Positions 25,756-30,033 of a DNA stretch of 30,033 nucleotides are shown here, piece after piece. The notes under the pieces are model-generated. The model did no database searches and was not told the origin of the DNA. It was given only the letters and a program-made list of their open reading frames with translations. A program made the position numbers and the translations under genes. Origin of the DNA: a virus (lineage: Duplodnaviria; Caudoviricetes); the IMG/VR virus record IMGVR_UViG_3300006046_000016, positions 1 through 30,033 of that record. One strand, 5' to 3'. Each line of letters begins with the position of its first letter. Position 1 is the stretch's first letter.

Positions 25756-26076
25756 TTATTTATTATTATGATTATTAATATTTTGAGGCTTGTTCATATT
25801 TTGAATCTGATTACTTAGATTCGCGACCATAGCCTTTAATTCTGAAATCTCTTGGCTATTATTTATGGCATTTGGATTGTATTTTTGATTATACCAAGTA
25901 TTAAAAGATTCTTTATAAATCTCAGTAGCTTCGCTTCCTTCTTTAGTTTGGATATATTCAATATATTTTCCTTGTTTCATTTCATCTAATAATTGTTCAG
26001 GTGTTTTTTGAACTGGAGGAATATATTTACTGTTACCCTGCAACTGACTCAATAATTGATCGTAATAGGTGTTCAT
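25756..26076 (-). CDS. Gln/Asn-rich coiled-coil hypothetical protein (second gene of the accessory operon)
   Basis: 106 aa; C-terminal heptads ISELKAMVANLSNQIQNM. Confidence 0.7.
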   Translation of the reverse strand: MNTYYDQLLSQLQGNSKYIPPVQKTPEQLLDEMKQGKYIEYIQTKEGSEATEIYKESFNTWYNQKYNPNAINNSQEISELKAMVANLSNQIQNMNKPQNINNHNNK

Positions 26077-26094
26077 TTTTTTCTTGATTAAAAT

Positions 26095-26131
26095 AAAAAA
26101 CCGCCTAAAAAAATTAGGTTTTTTAGGCGGT
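26095..26131 (-). terminator. Intra-operon intrinsic terminator after the 243-aa gene
   Basis: ACCGCCTAAAAAA/TTTTTTAGGCGGT stem followed by a T-run on the minus strand. Confidence 0.75.
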
Positions 26132-26141
26132 AATTCTTTTA

Positions 26142-26873
26142 CTATTTGCCGTTCACCGATGTTGGATTGGCTGTTTGGGTTGTCGCCTGCAAACCCCCAA
26201 CATTAATATTTTCTTGTTGGCTTCTTGACCATGCAAGTTGATTTCCGATTTGATTGAAAGAACCAAAAATTCCATCAATTCTACGGTGAACATCAAAATC
26301 GCGAACCATTTGTTTTTGCTCTTGTTGTTGGAACTGGGTAGCCACGGCAGTATTTTGATTGGAAATACTGATTTCGATTTCTTTAGAACGCAATCCGTGT
26401 CTAGTTTCAGCCAATTCCAATAACAACGCATCTTTTTCTGATTCGTTGATTCGTGCAATTATGGCTGCTGTTTGCAAAACTCCGGCTTCTTTAAGCTCTG
26501 TGATGTTCTGATTATTTGCAATAGCTAAAGCAGTCATTTGGTTGCCCAATTGTTGCTGATTTCGCTCGGCTTGGATTGCAGCAGCATACGCTTGTTGAGC
26601 AGAAGCCATTTCAGATCCACATATTGCAGCAGCTAAAGCGCGGCCCTCAAAAACTGTCTGATCTTTAGCTCCAGCAATAGCTTGAAGCGTAGCTAATTCA
26701 TTACGGCATCCACCACCATCATCATCATGTCCATGTCTGCCTCTGAGACCATCTAATCCAATTAAACCAAATAATCCGACAGCACCTAAGCCACCAAATC
26801 CACCACCGAATCCACCAAATCCACCACCGCCCATGCCGATAGCGTTACTTTCAAAACCACTTGTTAAACTCAT
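26142..26873 (-). CDS. Gly-rich, hydrophobic-N-terminus, Ala/Gln/Asn coiled-coil protein of unknown function
   Basis: 243 aa; GGGGFGGFGGGFGGLGAVGLFGLIGL followed by a long helical heptad region. Confidence 0.8.
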   Translation of the reverse strand: MSLTSGFESNAIGMGGGGFGGFGGGFGGLGAVGLFGLIGLDGLRGRHGHDDDGGGCRNELATLQAIAGAKDQTVFEGRALAAAICGSEMASAQQAYAAAIQAERNQQQLGNQMTALAIANNQNITELKEAGVLQTAAIIARINESEKDALLLELAETRHGLRSKEIEISISNQNTAVATQFQQQEQKQMVRDFDVHRRIDGIFGSFNQIGNQLAWSRSQQENINVGGLQATTQTANPTSVNGK

Positions 26874-26983
26874 GACTTTATAATTTAAATTATTAATAAT
26901 AATAAAGTTAATAAGATGTCAAATGTTGTTTGTAAGAGGAAAAAAGTTGTTAATTTTACGTTGTTATTAATGAGTATGTAAAA

Positions 26984-27229
26984 ATGTCATCAATAAATAA
27001 AGAGGTTTCCGATATTGTTATGGCGATAGGTCGTAATGTGAAAAAATATAGACTTCTAAAAGGATTCACACAACAAAATTTAGCATTTAGATGCGATCCA
27101 ATGGATAAAAGTACTGTATCTAATATCGAATGCGGTAATTTCAATGGTTTGAATATAAAAACATTAATAAAAATCTCTTTGGCTTTGGAAGTTCAAATTC
27201 AGTTATTGTTTGAAAATAATAATGAATAA
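26984..27229 (+). CDS. Xre/Cro-CI family HTH regulator
   Basis: IGRNVKKYRLLKGFTQQNLA...KSTVSNIECG...TLIKISLALEV. Confidence 0.88.
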   Translation: MSSINKEVSDIVMAIGRNVKKYRLLKGFTQQNLAFRCDPMDKSTVSNIECGNFNGLNIKTLIKISLALEVQIQLLFENNNE

Positions 27230-27258
27230 AAAAAGCGCATTATTTCTAATGCGCTTTT
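27228..27258. terminator. Bidirectional terminator (end of the late operon and of xre)
   Basis: AAAAGCGCATTA-tttc-TAATGCGCTTTT. Confidence 0.8.
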
Positions 27259-27300
27259 CCCTCCTCTCTTTAAAAATCAATTAATAATTAAAAACCAAAA

Positions 27301-27462
27301 TCAATCTTTATATCTACGTTTTAAATAACGTTGTAGAAAAAAACCAAGTATAACAGTGATTGACATTGTAAGACAAGTCAAAAACAGATTACCTAAAAAG
27401 TCAAGGAATAAAGTGCTAAAAGCTGCTCCAATTCCAAGTGTTATTTGTTCTTCAGTTTTCAT
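27301..27462 (-). CDS. 53-aa membrane protein, holin candidate
   Basis: MKTEEQITLGIGAAFSTLFLDFLGNLFLTCLTMSITVILGFFLQRYLKRRYKD; hydrophobic body and basic tail; last gene of the late operon. Confidence 0.55.
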   Translation of the reverse strand: MKTEEQITLGIGAAFSTLFLDFLGNLFLTCLTMSITVILGFFLQRYLKRRYKD

Positions 27463-27521
27463 ATTATAAAGTTATATAATTTTTTATCTAAAGTTTAATA
27501 AAGTAATCTTATTTTAAATTA

Positions 27522-28892
27522 TTAAAGGTAAACTTCTATTGAAATGGAAGTACCATTTAACATATCATCGTCACCTGCTCCTGTTGACCAATTAGTTGTG
27601 AGAAGTAAAATTTCATTATCGCTAAGTGTAGTTGCACTAAAAGCACAAGGTGCAAAAGAACCATTCGTAGCAAAGACAATCGTTTTATTTGCTTTAAACC
27701 CTCCAGTTAAAGTGCCTAAGTATCTTCCTGGAGAACCATCTCTAGTCCAAACAATAGTGCCTATTGTATTCTCTAAAACAATTGTAGCGGATGGATTAGA
27801 TGCTCCTGTTTGACTTATCAAAGCCTTATAAATCTTCTTACCCAATGGCTGCTTAACCAACTCCTCCCAAGCGCCCAAAACGCCGTTCACTTTACACCTT
27901 GTAAATACCCTGTTTGCTGTATTTAAATAACCCGAAGACGTTGCTGTTTGTTGAAAAAATAGACCTCCCCCATTTACCTCGCTTTGAACGGAAACAAACC
28001 AAGTTCCAGTGTCAGCTAATGGATTATTTGTTGTGCCCTCTCCTCTGAAAAAACCTGAGTAATCCAAATTATCCCAATCAATACCCGGTGTATAAATCGC
28101 CTTGCCATATTTAAATCCATCTAACTCAGTAGTTCCTCCAGCAACTCTAAACCTTGCACCGTTGTCATCTGTAGCTCCTATAACGGTGTTATTATTTGGA
28201 AAAATAGTTAAAGCTACAAGTGCATTATCTACGACTACCTTAAAACCTGTGCCTATTACACCTTGTATTTGTACGAAATTATTCACCCAATAGTAGTAGG
28301 CTTTAACAACTCCATTCGCCACCGATGCAAAAGCCCCACCCGAATTATTCGAAACAGTACTGACATCAAATTGCCCCCCTCCTTTTAGATCTGTATAACA
28401 CCCGTTATTCAAACTATTTTGTATGCTTGTTCCTGTATCTCTTATGCCACTATCAGCATAATCACCTGTGGTTGAAGTGGCTTTTAGTATTTTATTTACA
28501 GTAGTAGTCGGTTTCCCTGTAACCCCACTCCAAGGCACACTTGCCGCTGTCCCAATATTATATGGTTCATAACCTAAATTGCTATTAAGATTAGCGTCAT
28601 CAGTAACTACCCATATATCCTGAGTATCATTTTCTTTTACGCAATCTCCGTTTTGGACACCAGTTGTAGGGTCGGTGGTTAATGCAAATCTCGCGGCTTG
28701 GTCAGCTACTACTTTCATTCTTTCTAATGCAGAAGATGGTATTTGTGCTAATGGTATTTTGCTATCAGCACCAAGGGTAGCCACCCCGTTGGCAGCTCCC
28801 TTTTCAGTTATATTTATTTTCCCGTCAAGAGCGTTTTGCGCTGAATCAGAAATAAAATCCTCTATCTGGTCTTTTTTTAATGGATTTGCCAT
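27522..28892 (-). CDS. Tail fibre / receptor-binding protein
   Basis: 456 aa, Gly/Thr/Asn-rich; KGAANGVATLGADSKIP, VPWSGVTGKP and knob-like DWDNLDYSGFF...W segments. Confidence 0.75.
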   Translation of the reverse strand: MANPLKKDQIEDFISDSAQNALDGKINITEKGAANGVATLGADSKIPLAQIPSSALERMKVVADQAARFALTTDPTTGVQNGDCVKENDTQDIWVVTDDANLNSNLGYEPYNIGTAASVPWSGVTGKPTTTVNKILKATSTTGDYADSGIRDTGTSIQNSLNNGCYTDLKGGGQFDVSTVSNNSGGAFASVANGVVKAYYYWVNNFVQIQGVIGTGFKVVVDNALVALTIFPNNNTVIGATDDNGARFRVAGGTTELDGFKYGKAIYTPGIDWDNLDYSGFFRGEGTTNNPLADTGTWFVSVQSEVNGGGLFFQQTATSSGYLNTANRVFTRCKVNGVLGAWEELVKQPLGKKIYKALISQTGASNPSATIVLENTIGTIVWTRDGSPGRYLGTLTGGFKANKTIVFATNGSFAPCAFSATTLSDNEILLLTTNWSTGAGDDDMLNGTSISIEVYL

Positions 28893-28913
28893 TGTTAATA
28901 TTTTTTTAGTTAA

Positions 28914-30033
28914 TTAGTTTGCGGATGCGTTAATATATACCGTGGTAGAACCCCAGCCGCCATCTGTAAATGTGCCGTCGAGTCTTTTCACTAAGACGCG
29001 CCAAGTGGTTCTGTTGTTCGCGGCGTCAAATGTGGGGTTTCCTAGTATGTGCGTTGAATAAGTCGTAAAGAACCCCGTATTTGTATCCCCCGTCTGCATC
29101 ATTAATTTTTTTGCTGTCAAATTACCACTGCCATTAGGAGAACGGAGAGTGTACTCGTAAACCTTTCCGAAGTTCGCTCCTGCGTCTCTTAAAATGCCAT
29201 TAGCCGAGGCGCCGATAAATTGTTGCCAAGATACAGGGATGCTTCCGAATAGCGTTGAAACATTACTATTAGCGTCGATGGTAAGAACTTTAGTGTCCAC
29301 AACGTTAGTAGCTCCGTTTGCCATCCATAGTTCTAATTTAGTCTGAGAGTTGATAGTGTTCGCATAAGAACCGATTCGCCACTCTGAAGCCGCCCCCCAT
29401 TTATTACCTCCTTGACCAAATCTATCAGCTCGTTGATAAGCGACTGCCGTGACGTTATCCGTAGTCAATACGTTAGCGTCATTGTAATGCCTCTTAACCC
29501 CTCTGTAGGTTTCATCGCCCGTCAAGTGCAGTACGTTGGCGTCGTTTGCTTTAGGGGTTAATTCAGAGGTGTAAGCATATGTACCTAAGATTGCTCCAGC
29601 GTTATTCTCAGCTTGCATCCTCGTATTAGCAGTGTGTAACCTGACTACTATTCCTGTACCTGTTTTTTTATAAATATACGCGCCGCCATTAAAACCAACA
29701 CCCATCCCGTCACTTGCAATCATTAAGTGTTTGTTAACGATAGTTTTCGTACCTGTTATATTCTCATCAGTTGCCTTATGTAATACGCCCGCATCAGCGG
29801 CTTTTGAATTTAACTGAGTTTGAATAGAAGAAGTGGCATCATTGAATAAATCCTGATTATCCGATTGAAACTTAAAGCCTGCTGATTCTGTAATCTGGCT
29901 CGTATTATAATCTCCTGCTGTCGCAACGATATTGGTTGTAGCTCTACCGAATACGGATTGAATTGTGCCTAATGGGGTTAGTAGTTCTTGCCAATTCGCT
30001 AATGTAGTTGCTGGTTCTGTTTGCAAGATGAAT
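28914..30033 (-). CDS. Tail fibre protein, 5'-partial
   Basis: Frame is open to the window edge (..FILQTEPATTLANWQELLTP); SVFGR, TSSIQTQLNSK and two VLH..GDE...G.K-type fibre repeats. Confidence 0.75.
   Translation of the reverse strand, partial: FILQTEPATTLANWQELLTPLGTIQSVFGRATTNIVATAGDYNTSQITESAGFKFQSDNQDLFNDATSSIQTQLNSKAADAGVLHKATDENITGTKTIVNKHLMIASDGMGVGFNGGAYIYKKTGTGIVVRLHTANTRMQAENNAGAILGTYAYTSELTPKANDANVLHLTGDETYRGVKRHYNDANVLTTDNVTAVAYQRADRFGQGGNKWGAASEWRIGSYANTINSQTKLELWMANGATNVVDTKVLTIDANSNVSTLFGSIPVSWQQFIGASANGILRDAGANFGKVYEYTLRSPNGSGNLTAKKLMMQTGDTNTGFFTTYSTHILGNPTFDAANNRTTWRVLVKRLDGTFTDGGWGSTTVYINASAN

Noticed and set aside
26153-26458. Alternate-frame 101-aa ORF and antisense ORF inside the 243-aa gene
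   Set aside because: No start context or motifs; likely a by-product of low stop-codon density.
27522-30033. Diversity-generating retroelement or invertible tail-fibre system
   Set aside because: No reverse transcriptase, adjacent invertase, TR/VR pair or inverted fibre cassette is visible in the window.

Overview
AT-rich temperate tailed phage (siphovirus-like) of a Bacteroidota host, probably Flavobacteriaceae. The host call rests on repeated TAnnTTTG promoters and a DUF3127-type SSB. The minus strand carries the late module (terS, terL, portal, protease, HK97-type capsid, connector, tail) running off the left edge. Tail fibres and a holin-like gene re-enter from the right edge, consistent with a circular or permuted genome whose tape-measure region lies outside the window. 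The plus strand carries early genes, Bet, an SSB, a replication initiator with internal iterons and a T7-gp4/Twinkle-like primase-helicase. An internal tyrosine integrase has a candidate tRNA-derived attP. Four things stand out: (1) three covarying two-hairpin kissing-loop leader RNAs directly behind promoters; (2) a MTase-parA-RHH partition cassette splitting terL from portal, with 9-bp iterons that recur in the integrase leader; (3) a self-contained operon for a Gly-rich, hydrophobic-N-terminus coiled-coil protein beside a divergent Xre regulator; (4) a duplicated 95-bp early-promoter cassette driving a very acidic protein. All product calls come from motifs and gene order only; no database searches were run.
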